NCBI GenBank assembly: GCA_902602595.1
Contig: CACKRJ010000003.1
Coordinates: forward strand, 68,062 to 132,061
Source: an uncultured SAR86 cluster bacterium
GTDB taxonomy: Bacteria > Pseudomonadota > Gammaproteobacteria > Magnimaribacterales > D2472
Direction: 5' to 3'
Length of the DNA: 64,000 nucleotides
In this document: piece after piece, positions 34,202 through 43,332 of the stretch
How positions within the stretch are numbered: the stretch's first letter is position 1
How the letters are laid out: every line of letters begins with the position of its first letter
Notes under the pieces: model-generated
The model's input: the letters and a program-made list of their open reading frames with translations, nothing else
What the model was told of the DNA's origin: nothing
Databases searched by the model: none
Position numbers and translations under genes: made by a program

Positions 34202-34792
34202 CTAAGTCTTATGCTTGCCAGGAACCCAAGAAATTCCTTTAAGCAAATCTTGACCTGAGGAATTTGCATCATCTTCTAGCGAAGTCGCCATAACATCATT
34301 CCATCGATTTAAATATCCGAATAAAGCTATCACACCCATGATTTCAACAATATCATCATTGGACCAATAAACATGTAATTGATTTTCTGTTTCCTCTGCT
34401 ACATTTACAGGAACCATGCTGGCCTCTTGCGCAAACCTCAAGGCTACCTTTTCTTTATCGCTAAAACAGTTTTGATTTTCAAAATCCCACACATTTTCTA
34501 ATCTTTCTTGGCTTGCGCCATAACGCTCTGCTGCTCTTATGGTGTGTGCCTGGCAATACCTACAACCAGTTGTATTACTGCTAACAAAAGCTATTAAACG
34601 CTTAAATTCTGAAGTTAGGTCGCCATGATTTTCCATGACTGCCATATTTAACTCCACAAATGCCTTTGCAATTGCAGGCCTTCTTTGCATAGTTAAAACT
34701 GAATTAGGGCAAAAACCCAATGTTTCGTTAAAAAAGTTAACTAGTTCTTTAACTTTTTTATCTGTAATGTCTACTGGATTTACTAAAGGCAT
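34202..34792 (-). CDS. AhpD-like / carboxymuconolactone decarboxylase family protein (peroxidase-related)
   Basis: CxxC-containing motif GCRYCQAHT. The track ORF starts at a TTG at 34843. I prefer the ATG at 34792 (MPLVNPVDITDKK...), though neither start has a clear Shine-Dalgarno. Confidence 0.7.
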   Translation of the reverse strand: MPLVNPVDITDKKVKELVNFFNETLGFCPNSVLTMQRRPAIAKAFVELNMAVMENHGDLTSEFKRLIAFVSSNTTGCRYCQAHTIRAAERYGASQERLENVWDFENQNCFSDKEKVALRFAQEASMVPVNVAEETENQLHVYWSNDDIVEIMGVIALFGYLNRWNDVMATSLEDDANSSGQDLLKGISWVPGKHKT

Positions 34793-34850
34793 CAAAAAAC
34801 CATAGCATAATTTACTTTCGTGGTCCCAAGAATAATGATTCAATAAAGGA

Positions 34851-36005
34851 ATGAGTAAAAAATTATTTAAGAAAGAAACGATTGCTTCAAAAGCAGGTAT
34901 TGGAAAGGATATACAACATGGAGCTATTGTCCCGCCGCTTTATCTTGGAACAAACTTTAAGTATGAGGAGATTGGTAAAGAACCCCCTTATGAATATACA
35001 AGACAGGGAAATCCAACCAGAGATCACTTAATCCAAGCATTATCAGACCTTGAAGAGGGTTTAGGTGGAGAAATATTGAGCTCAGGCATGGCGGCAATTT
35101 CTTTAGTAGCAAATATTTTAGAGCTGAAAAGTAAAGTGATTCTCCCTCATGATTGCTACGGTGGAACCTTTAGACTATTTTCATCTCTTGCAGAAAAGGG
35201 CATTCTTGAGGTTTTTTTTGTTAATCAAGGCAGTAATTCATTTTTGGAGAAATCTATTGATGAGATAGGCCCAGATTTAATATGGATTGAATCTCCATCC
35301 AATCCTTTATTGCAGGTTGTAGATATTGAAAAAATTGCAAAAAAGTCCAAAAAGAATAGCTCTATAGTAGCAGTAGATAACACATTTTTATCTCCATCGC
35401 TTCAAAACCCATTGAAGTTAGGGGCAGATATTGTAATGCACTCAACAACAAAATATATCAATGGTCATTCAGATGTTATTGGAGGAGCTGTGATTACTAA
35501 CGATTCTGAGATTCTATCTAAATTAAAGTATTGGGCTAATAATTTAGGCATAGCAGGCTCTCCTTTTGATTCTTACTTAGCATTACGAGGTCTTAGAACA
35601 TTGAGCTTGAGGATGAAAAAGCATGAACAAAATGCCTCTGCGCTGGTTGAGTTGCTATCAAACCATCCCAAAATATCTCATGTTTATTATCCTGGCCTAA
35701 AGCATCATCCATCCCATGAGATCGCAAAAAAACAACAAAATGGTTTTGGTGGAATGCTGAGCTTTGAGATTTTAGGCGATATAGCAGAAGTGAAAAATTT
35801 TATTAATAATCTGGATATCCTTTCACTAGCAGGATCCCTTGGAGGATTTGAGAGCCTAGTTGGCCATCCATACACTATGACTCATGCAGCGCTCAGCCAT
35901 GACCAAAAAAAAGAAATTGGTATAAAAGAAAATCTTATAAGAATATCAGCAGGCCTTGAAGACACAGAAGATTTGCTTGATGCTGTAAAAAAAGCCTTGG
36001 GTTAG
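34851..36005 (+). CDS. Cys/Met-metabolism PLP-dependent enzyme (cystathionine gamma-synthase / beta-lyase family)
   Basis: YTRQGNPT near the N-terminus. The PLP-lysine motif is HSTTKYINGHSD. Length 384 aa, with AAGGA Shine-Dalgarno. Confidence 0.9.
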   Translation: MSKKLFKKETIASKAGIGKDIQHGAIVPPLYLGTNFKYEEIGKEPPYEYTRQGNPTRDHLIQALSDLEEGLGGEILSSGMAAISLVANILELKSKVILPHDCYGGTFRLFSSLAEKGILEVFFVNQGSNSFLEKSIDEIGPDLIWIESPSNPLLQVVDIEKIAKKSKKNSSIVAVDNTFLSPSLQNPLKLGADIVMHSTTKYINGHSDVIGGAVITNDSEILSKLKYWANNLGIAGSPFDSYLALRGLRTLSLRMKKHEQNASALVELLSNHPKISHVYYPGLKHHPSHEIAKKQQNGFGGMLSFEILGDIAEVKNFINNLDILSLAGSLGGFESLVGHPYTMTHAALSHDQKKEIGIKENLIRISAGLEDTEDLLDAVKKALG

Positions 36006-36021
36006 AAGAGAGATTAAGGTT

Positions 36022-36345
36022 TTAATCTTTATCTTTATCATGTCTATCTCTGCCTAATGTATGCAGTTCATTGTCAACACAATCAAAATAATCAGCTTGT
36101 GAAACAGGTGCGCCAGCTTCAACCACATTTCCATCTTTTAATTTTCTAGCTCTTACAGGCCTGCCTGATGGCGGACCAGATACTGCTAAACAAGATGTTA
36201 ATGCAGCGCCTGAGTAGCCTTCAACACCAAGATGAGAATATGGATTTTTTGCTTTTTCGTACGGAGTTAATTCTTTGGTTTGGCATGCGGTAAGACAAAT
36301 CAATACAAAAAAACTAAAAATTTTAATAATGGTTAAAAAGTACAT
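36022..36345 (-). CDS. Hypothetical lipoprotein
   Basis: The internal Met gives MYFLTIIKIFSFFVLICLTACQTK with lipobox LTAC. The longer track ORF (to 36396) would overlap the upstream gene by 20 nt. Confidence 0.5.
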   Translation of the reverse strand: MYFLTIIKIFSFFVLICLTACQTKELTPYEKAKNPYSHLGVEGYSGAALTSCLAVSGPPSGRPVRARKLKDGNVVEAGAPVSQADYFDCVDNELHTLGRDRHDKDKD

Positions 36346-36376
36346 TTGATTTGAATTATAGGTAACCATTATAAAA

Positions 36377-36619
36377 CTAAAATTTATTTTGATCATGAGA
36401 TTTATGGCGACCTACACTGAAACTTCTTTTAGCCAAATGTTTTGTTGACCTACCATGCACTCGTTTACGCCATGATTTATAAGAAGAAGGATTTAAGTTA
36501 TCTCTCATCAGCTGCTTCACCCCTTTTTCATTTAAACCAAACTGGACTTTGATAGCATCAAAAGGAGTTCTATCTTCCCATGCCATCTCAATAATTCTAG
36601 AAATATCAGATTTATTCAT
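36377..36619 (-). CDS. DUF2805 / TIGR03643-family small protein
   Basis: SRIIEMAWEDRTPFDAIKVQFGLNEKGVKQLMRDNLNPSSYKSWRKRVHGRSTKH matches the conserved core of that family as I recall it. Confidence 0.75.
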   Translation of the reverse strand: MNKSDISRIIEMAWEDRTPFDAIKVQFGLNEKGVKQLMRDNLNPSSYKSWRKRVHGRSTKHLAKRSFSVGRHKSHDQNKF

Positions 36620-36731
36620 TTAAAAGATTATATTTGAATTCATAAGAAGCTGGTTTATTTTTAACAATTAAGAAGTATTTTCTTTAGCCTTAACATAAAC
36701 TATCGAAATCAAAATTTAACTAAAATTGGTT

Positions 36732-37385
36732 ATGAAAATTTTTTCGATAAGATCCGTTCCTTCTACTCATTGGAGTTCAGATAAACCATTAAATTTTTCA
36801 CCAAAACTACTTACAGTCTTAATGCTTTGTCTGGGTTTATTTTTATTTGGTTTAGGTGAATCACTGATTATTACTGCATCAGTCGGGATGAGCCCATGGA
36901 CCGTTTTAGCTGAAGGGCTCTCTATCACAACTGGACTAAGCATAGGTGCTCTAACTTTTTTAATAAGTCTCGGAGTGCTATTGCTATGGATCCCGCTTAA
37001 ACAACAAGCAGGAATTGGTACAATTTTAAATGTAATTATAATTGCAGCAGTCATTGAATGGTCACTACCTTACCTTCCGCACCCAGAAATTTATTCGATA
37101 AAAATATTACAAGCCACCTTAGGAACTTTATTAGTTGGTCTTGCAAGTGGAATTTATTTAATAGCAAATCTCGGTCCAGGCCCAAGAGACGGTCTAATGA
37201 CTGGCTGTCAAAGATTAACGAATCTGCCAATTGCTTGGGTACGAGTATTTTTAGAGATCACTGTTATTTCTGTTGGTTGGACGCTAGGTGGAACTATCGG
37301 TCTTGCAACTGTGATCTTTGCCTTTGGGGTTGGTCCAGCAGTATCATTAGGCCTTTATTTGATAGCATCGATATCTAAAAAATGA
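36732..37385 (+). CDS. Integral membrane protein (YczE-like)
   Basis: Six hydrophobic segments. GLFLFGLGESLIITASVGMSPWTVLAEGLS resembles YczE-type proteins. ATG at 36732 (the track uses a TTG at 36726). Confidence 0.55.
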   Translation: MKIFSIRSVPSTHWSSDKPLNFSPKLLTVLMLCLGLFLFGLGESLIITASVGMSPWTVLAEGLSITTGLSIGALTFLISLGVLLLWIPLKQQAGIGTILNVIIIAAVIEWSLPYLPHPEIYSIKILQATLGTLLVGLASGIYLIANLGPGPRDGLMTGCQRLTNLPIAWVRVFLEITVISVGWTLGGTIGLATVIFAFGVGPAVSLGLYLIASISKK

Positions 37386-37394
37386 TTTTCTTGC

Positions 37395-37425
37395 AAAAAA
37401 AAGGGTGCAATTAAGCACCCTTTTT
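37395..37425. terminator. Bidirectional rho-independent terminator
   Basis: A8 run, stem gggtgc(37403-37408), loop aattaa, stem gcaccc(37415-37420), T5. It lies between convergent genes. Confidence 0.8.
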
Positions 37426-37441
37426 AAATTTCAAACAATCC

Positions 37442-39961
37442 TTAAAAATTATATCCTGCTTTTACGTACCAGAAAGCACCTTCGATGCCATATGGAGAAG
37501 TTTCATAATAGATTCCTCCAAGAACATTTCCAGGAACACCTTCGCCATTTGCTCCAGCTGAACCATCAATTTTAAGAGCTTCGGTATCAAATAAGTTTTG
37601 CACACCTGCTGAAAGATAGAAGTTATCTGTAAGATCAATACTTACTGATGCATCAACAGTCCACTCAGCATCTGAGTCAGTGCCAAACCAATCAGCGTGA
37701 ACTGCATAATACTCGCCATACATATTTGCACGAATAAATGAGCTAACTCTGTCACTCCAAGTTTGAGCAAGAGTTATGGTAATTCTATCTTCTGGGAGCC
37801 CTTCTTCTAAACGCTTGACTTTTGAAGCACCTGTTACAGCACCAGAATTAGTTACTTCTGTTTCTGTGTGATTCCATGCAGCACTTATATCTGCATCAGC
37901 ACCAAATAAAACAGTGTTATATGTTGCTACTATGTCATAACCTGTAGTTTCTGTGTCAAAGTCATTAGTAAAATAGTTGACTTGACCAATCAACTCTGGA
38001 TTAGGAATTCCAGCAGCGCCCATTGCAGCAACCTGAGCAGCTGTAGGAGCAGCATTACTAGTTAAAGCAACCCTATCTTCAAGTTCAATTACAAAGAAAT
38101 CAGCTGTAAGTGAAAGATCTCCTGAATTATAAACAATACCAAAGGAAGTATTAGTTGCTTCCTCAGGCTTAAGTTGTCCAGCACCAAGTTTGAAGCCAGG
38201 TAATGTTTGCGCCTGAGTTAACTGTCCATCAACAAGAGTTGTTTGAGTATTTACAACGTTTACCTGCCCTTGAGTTGGAGCTCTGAAACCAGTACTTGTT
38301 GAAAAACGTAATGCTGTAGTTTCATTGGCTTGATATCTAGCATTAAATTTAAAATCATTTGTATCACCAAATGATGAGTAGTCTTCATATCTGAATGAAC
38401 CCCCCATAAGTAGCTCATCACTAACTTGATTTTCTAAATCAACATAAAGACCATAACTTCTTCTTGTGAAGGCGCCTTGAGAATCAGGAGAGAACCCTGC
38501 AAAACCATGCGAACCAACGTTAAAGCCTTGTAATGCATATTTGCCAGCTTTCCAAGAAGCTTCTTCACCAGAAATCACTTCAAATGTTTCTTCTCTCCAC
38601 TCAGCACCATATGCAATGGTCATGGAATCAACTTGTCTTGTTAAGTCAAAATTGAAAACTTTCTCAAGCTCAATGTATGAACCAGTATAGAAATTACGAG
38701 GAGTATCAGGACCCATTGAAGGGTTAACAGTATTGTTAAGACCGAAGTCAGCTTCATTTCTACCAACTGACCCACTTAAGTCATACGAATGGCCACTTAA
38801 GAAGCCATCAGTGATATCACCTCTTCTACCAATGGTAAGGGATGTATCAGTAATATTACCCAAAAATCTTGGAGTATACCCACCAGGTGCAATCTCATTC
38901 ATCAAGAAACAGCTTGGATCAGCCATAATTGCATCTCTGACAGCATAATTTGAAGGATCAACTTGTCCAGATGCGCCAGTGCCATATGAACATGTTCCAT
39001 CCACGTTACCAACAGCTCTGTAATCACCAATTGTGAAAACTCCACTCCTGCCATCTGGATTACGATAGTAGAATCCACCATCTACATCTCTTTCAGAGTA
39101 ATTACCAAACATATAAGACTCCGAACCATCACTATTGGTGACGCCTGAGTTCATGAAAAAAGTAACATCGTCATCAACTATTGGAGCACCCCAAATTTGA
39201 CAAGGATTTGCAACCGCTGAATTGCCTCCAGCAACTAAAGAAGCACAATCAGGTCTTTGCTCACTTCTTGAAGTATCATCGGCCTGTCTTATTTGGAAAC
39301 TTGTTGTGACAAATCCTTCTTGGCCTAATGGCATGCCATATTTACCAGCAATAGTAGTTGTGGCACCATCACCTTCGGTATATTCACCCATCTTATATGA
39401 AAGACTTCCACCTTCTGATATATCATCTAATACAAAATTAAGTACGCCAGCAATAGCATCTGAACCATATTGAGCTGAAGCACCGTCTCTTAGGACTTCT
39501 ACTCTTTTTAGAGCAATAGCAGGAATCACAGAAATATCTGCACCCTGAGAACCATCATTAACACCGCCGCCTTGGAATGCAATAACTGATGCATGGTGAC
39601 GTCTTTTGCCATTAGTAAAGATCAAAGTAGCATCTGCTGACAAGCCTCTTAAGTTAGCAGGTCTAATCATACTTGCTGCATCACTAATAGGTTGAAGGTG
39701 AACGTTCAATGAAGGAACACTACCTTGAAGCTGCATAAGCAGGTCATCAGTACCAGTTTTACTAATGTCTTCAGCGCTTAATACATCAACAGGCACTGGT
39801 GAACTAGATACAGATCTAGGTTTTCCACGAGTACCAATACTGACGACTTCTTCGACGAACTCGCTGTCTTGCGCAAATGAACCAACCGAAAGCATTGTGC
39901 TTACAGCTATGATTGTTGTTAAGGACAGCCTTGCAGCAGCCCAAATAGCTTTATTTAACAT
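37442..39961 (-). CDS. TonB-dependent receptor (839 aa)
   Basis: Signal peptide ...GSFAQD. Plug region EEVVSIGTRGKPRSVSSSPVPVDVL...VEVLRDGASAQYGSDAIAGVLNFV. The C-terminus is ...WYVKAGYNF. Confidence 0.9.
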   Translation of the reverse strand: MLNKAIWAAARLSLTTIIAVSTMLSVGSFAQDSEFVEEVVSIGTRGKPRSVSSSPVPVDVLSAEDISKTGTDDLLMQLQGSVPSLNVHLQPISDAASMIRPANLRGLSADATLIFTNGKRRHHASVIAFQGGGVNDGSQGADISVIPAIALKRVEVLRDGASAQYGSDAIAGVLNFVLDDISEGGSLSYKMGEYTEGDGATTTIAGKYGMPLGQEGFVTTSFQIRQADDTSRSEQRPDCASLVAGGNSAVANPCQIWGAPIVDDDVTFFMNSGVTNSDGSESYMFGNYSERDVDGGFYYRNPDGRSGVFTIGDYRAVGNVDGTCSYGTGASGQVDPSNYAVRDAIMADPSCFLMNEIAPGGYTPRFLGNITDTSLTIGRRGDITDGFLSGHSYDLSGSVGRNEADFGLNNTVNPSMGPDTPRNFYTGSYIELEKVFNFDLTRQVDSMTIAYGAEWREETFEVISGEEASWKAGKYALQGFNVGSHGFAGFSPDSQGAFTRRSYGLYVDLENQVSDELLMGGSFRYEDYSSFGDTNDFKFNARYQANETTALRFSTSTGFRAPTQGQVNVVNTQTTLVDGQLTQAQTLPGFKLGAGQLKPEEATNTSFGIVYNSGDLSLTADFFVIELEDRVALTSNAAPTAAQVAAMGAAGIPNPELIGQVNYFTNDFDTETTGYDIVATYNTVLFGADADISAAWNHTETEVTNSGAVTGASKVKRLEEGLPEDRITITLAQTWSDRVSSFIRANMYGEYYAVHADWFGTDSDAEWTVDASVSIDLTDNFYLSAGVQNLFDTEALKIDGSAGANGEGVPGNVLGGIYYETSPYGIEGAFWYVKAGYNF

Positions 39962-40114
39962 GTTATCTCCCCAAGAATAGATAAAAAATATTTTTCGTAG
40001 GGTGATTTATACACTAATTTATGGCTTTTAGCGAATTAAAATTTAAAAATTAACTAAAAAACCTTATAGATATAGGATTTTTTAGATCTTTTGCAACAAA
40101 AGTACTAATTATTC

Positions 40115-43100
40115 CTAGTTCTCATTGTCATTATTTTGGTTAATAAGATCTATGTTTCCACCAATAGCCACAGTATTTACAGTAATAACTCTCTCATCCA
40201 TGAACTGCAAAAGATAATTCGGCCCTCCCGCTTTAAAGCCTGAGCCTGAGAGGTTCTTTCCTCCGAAAGGCTGAGTTTCAACCACAGCACCAACAATATC
40301 TCGATTGATGTATATGTTTCCACTGGAAGTTTGCTTTGCAATATCTAAAGCCTTTGAATCAATTCTGGTATGAATGCCAAAAGTCAACGCAAAGCCTTTT
40401 GTATTAATTTCCTTCAAAGCATTAATCAAGATATCTTCAGAAAATGAAGCTACATGTAAAATAGGACCAAACTGTTCTTCGTCGGGTAAAGAGCTTAATT
40501 CAAGTTCAATCAAAGTTGGTGGAAGCCATGAACCATTTTCAGGAATATCATCGTTTGGGGATTGATAGCACAAATGACCATCAGACTTCATATTAGCAAT
40601 ATAGTTATTTAATTTCTCCATGGCTTCAAGAGAAATAATTGGTCCAATATCAGTACCAAAATTATCAGAAATGCCAATTGTAAGGTCATTCATAGCGCCT
40701 TTGAGCATTGAAAGAAGCTCTGAATAAACTTCTTGATGAACAAGAAGCACTCTCAAAGCCGAGCATCTTTGGCCAGCAGAGTTAAATGCTGAGCGGATAA
40801 TATCATCACAAGCCCTCTCTAATAACGCGCTCGAATCCACAATCATTGCATTCAATCCTCCTGTTTCAGCAATCAAAGGAATAATTTTTCCAGGTTTTAG
40901 AGATAAATTTTTATGAATTTCTTTTGCAGTTTGCAAAGAGCCTGTAAAAGCAACTAAATCTATGGCCTGATTCAATATGATCGACTTGCCCAATTCACCA
41001 TTCCCAAGGAATAAATGGAGGGCATCTTCTGGCAGCCCTTTTTTAAAAAATAGATTAATAGCTTCAAAAGCAATGATTGGAGTATGCTCAGAAGGTTTAG
41101 AAATAACTGTATTACCTCCGGCTAGAGCAGCTGCAATTTGCCCAATTGTAATTGCGAGAGGAAAATTCCATGGGCTAATACATAAGACCGTACCTTTTGG
41201 CCCATATTCTAAAATATTATCCTCTCCAGTTGGGCCTCTTTGAGCAAGAGGTTCTAAATTCAGGGCTTGTTGAGAATAATATCGAAGGAAGTCAACCGCT
41301 TCTCTAATTTCATCCAGAGCATCTTCAATTGTTTTGCCGGCTTCGTGCATTAATAAGTAGACAAACTTAGCTTGCTCATCCTCAAGTTTGTCTGCAACTG
41401 AAATTAGAATTTCATTTCTAGATTCAATCGAGCAATTAATCCATTGTTCTGAAGGATTGATAGAGTTGATATCAATAGATTTAAAATCGCAGGTCTCAAC
41501 AATGCCAATTATTTTTGCATTGCATTTAGAGGTTATTTTAATTGGTGCATTACTCAGAGGGTCATGCGGAGATATAGAACAAGCATGAAAACTCAATTCA
41601 GAAAATTTATTAATCTTGCTCATTAGATCTTCAATGCAGTCCATCTCATTTAAATCAAACCCATGAGAATTGAGGCGCGGAAGGTATAGATTTCTTGGCA
41701 ACGCTAAATTTGATATATCCAAATGATCTATTCTCTCTTTAATTATATCCCCTGGATTTTGAGCTAGATTTATAACCGGAATATTATTATTTAAGTACTG
41801 ATTAATAAATGAGCTATTAGCTCCATTCTCTAGGAGTCTTCTAACTAAATAAGGTAACAATTCTTTATGTCGGCCTACAGGACAATATATGGCTGTCTCT
41901 GGAAATTCCTCATAGGATGCTTGGCAGGCTGAATATAGCAGCTCCCCCATTCCATAAAGCCTTTGGAAATCAATGCTGGTATTGGTGCTTTCACTTAAAC
42001 TCATAAGAGAAGCGATTGAATGAGCATTATGAGTTGCAAAACTAGCATCCAATCTTTCGCATTCAATAAGTCTCTTTGCTGTAACAAGGTAATTGAGATC
42101 AGTGAGGTGTTTATTTGTAAAAACTGGATAGCCCTTTAAGCCTTTTACTTGAGCATTTTTAATTTCATAGTCCCAATAAGCTCCCTTCACAAGTCGTACA
42201 TGTATCTTGTCACGCTGTTTTGATAAATTCTCAAGCAACTCAACTACAGCAAGCGATCGTTTCCCATAAGCTTGAACTGCCAATCCAAGCCCAGGCCATG
42301 ATTTGACTGCGGGATCTAAAGCAAGAGTATTAAATAAATTTAAACTTAAAGATAAGCGATCTTGTTCTTCTGCATCAATGGTTACATCAACATTATTTCT
42401 TGCAGCTTCAACAACAAGATCTTTGAGCCTTGGAAGTAAAACTTTACTTACATTGTTGCTGTGGAGAGTATCATATTTAGAATATAGAGCAGATAACTTG
42501 ATAGAGATCCCATTGTTTAAACCTGCGTCTGTATTTATCTTTGATATTAATTGAATAGATTCAATATAAGACTCAAAATACTTAATTGACTGCTCTTCAT
42601 TTCGAGCCGCCTCTCCAAGCATGTCAAATGAACATGAATGAGCATTCAACCATTTTGAATCCTTGAGCTCTTCAATGCTTTCAGCACAAACAAACTCTTT
42701 GCCTAGGACTTCCATTGCTACCTGAACAGCCTCTCTAATCGAAGACTCTCCAATTTTCTTACCAAGTGCAATTAACCAATTATTGCTTACATGATTCGAT
42801 GCTCTGAGAAATTCTTTTGAAAAAGTGAGTCCCCAAGTTGCAGAATTGACTAAAAAACTCTCAGCCTTACCTAGGTGCTCTGACCACTTTGCAGAAGTAA
42901 GCTTTTCATTAATTAAAGCATCTCTAGTTTGATTATCTGGAATGCGCATCAATGATTCAGCAAGGCACATGAGTGCAATTCCTTCTGAATTAGAAAGCCC
43001 ATATTGCTCCATAAATGCATCTAATTTTGTACGTTGATTTTTATTGTTTCGACAGTACTGAATAATTGATTGGGTGTGCTTGAGTATTTCTGGATCATCT

Positions 43101-43177
43101 AAAAAATATGATTCTCCAAGTAAGAATTTTGCCAACTCCTGCTCATCGGCAAACTTTCCACTGCTGTTTAAAAACAT
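40115..43177 (-). CDS. putA: Bifunctional proline dehydrogenase / 1-pyrroline-5-carboxylate dehydrogenase (no N-terminal RHH DNA-binding domain)
   Basis: The PRODH barrel region reads SFDMLGEAA...LVKGAYWD...VRRLLENGANSSF. The ALDH domain reads EAGKT...FTGS...ETGGLNAMIVD...GQRCSALR. Length 1020 aa. Confidence 0.95.
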   Translation of the reverse strand: MFLNSSGKFADEQELAKFLLGESYFLDDPEILKHTQSIIQYCRNNKNQRTKLDAFMEQYGLSNSEGIALMCLAESLMRIPDNQTRDALINEKLTSAKWSEHLGKAESFLVNSATWGLTFSKEFLRASNHVSNNWLIALGKKIGESSIREAVQVAMEVLGKEFVCAESIEELKDSKWLNAHSCSFDMLGEAARNEEQSIKYFESYIESIQLISKINTDAGLNNGISIKLSALYSKYDTLHSNNVSKVLLPRLKDLVVEAARNNVDVTIDAEEQDRLSLSLNLFNTLALDPAVKSWPGLGLAVQAYGKRSLAVVELLENLSKQRDKIHVRLVKGAYWDYEIKNAQVKGLKGYPVFTNKHLTDLNYLVTAKRLIECERLDASFATHNAHSIASLMSLSESTNTSIDFQRLYGMGELLYSACQASYEEFPETAIYCPVGRHKELLPYLVRRLLENGANSSFINQYLNNNIPVINLAQNPGDIIKERIDHLDISNLALPRNLYLPRLNSHGFDLNEMDCIEDLMSKINKFSELSFHACSISPHDPLSNAPIKITSKCNAKIIGIVETCDFKSIDINSINPSEQWINCSIESRNEILISVADKLEDEQAKFVYLLMHEAGKTIEDALDEIREAVDFLRYYSQQALNLEPLAQRGPTGEDNILEYGPKGTVLCISPWNFPLAITIGQIAAALAGGNTVISKPSEHTPIIAFEAINLFFKKGLPEDALHLFLGNGELGKSIILNQAIDLVAFTGSLQTAKEIHKNLSLKPGKIIPLIAETGGLNAMIVDSSALLERACDDIIRSAFNSAGQRCSALRVLLVHQEVYSELLSMLKGAMNDLTIGISDNFGTDIGPIISLEAMEKLNNYIANMKSDGHLCYQSPNDDIPENGSWLPPTLIELELSSLPDEEQFGPILHVASFSEDILINALKEINTKGFALTFGIHTRIDSKALDIAKQTSSGNIYINRDIVGAVVETQPFGGKNLSGSGFKAGGPNYLLQFMDERVITVNTVAIGGNIDLINQNNDNEN

Positions 43178-43332
43178 AGATTAATCTTATCTAGTAAGAG
43201 TTGATATTAGCAAGAGAAAAAATTAATTATGATTTAAATGCTTCATGAGATTAACGGGTTTAAAAACTGAAATAAATTTTTTTAATTTAACGATAAATGA
43301 TGGTCTAGTAACTGCTAATAATTTCTATGTTT

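Noticed and set aside
34792-34851. In the ORF track, the start codons of the divergent AhpD-like and PLP-enzyme genes appear only 7 nt apart. The track also shows a 20-nt overlap between ORFs 36022-36396 and 36377-36619.
   Set aside because: Both are artefacts of the longest-ORF convention. The upstream extensions begin at TTG or at a far-upstream Met. Internal ATG starts (34792 and 36345) give normal N-termini and normal spacing.
37058-37378. 106-aa same-strand alternate-frame ORF inside the YczE-like membrane protein gene, plus the antisense ORF at 36767-37054.
   Set aside because: The primary frame gives a coherent six-TM protein. The alternate frames are Arg/Ser/Cys-rich and look like nonsense.
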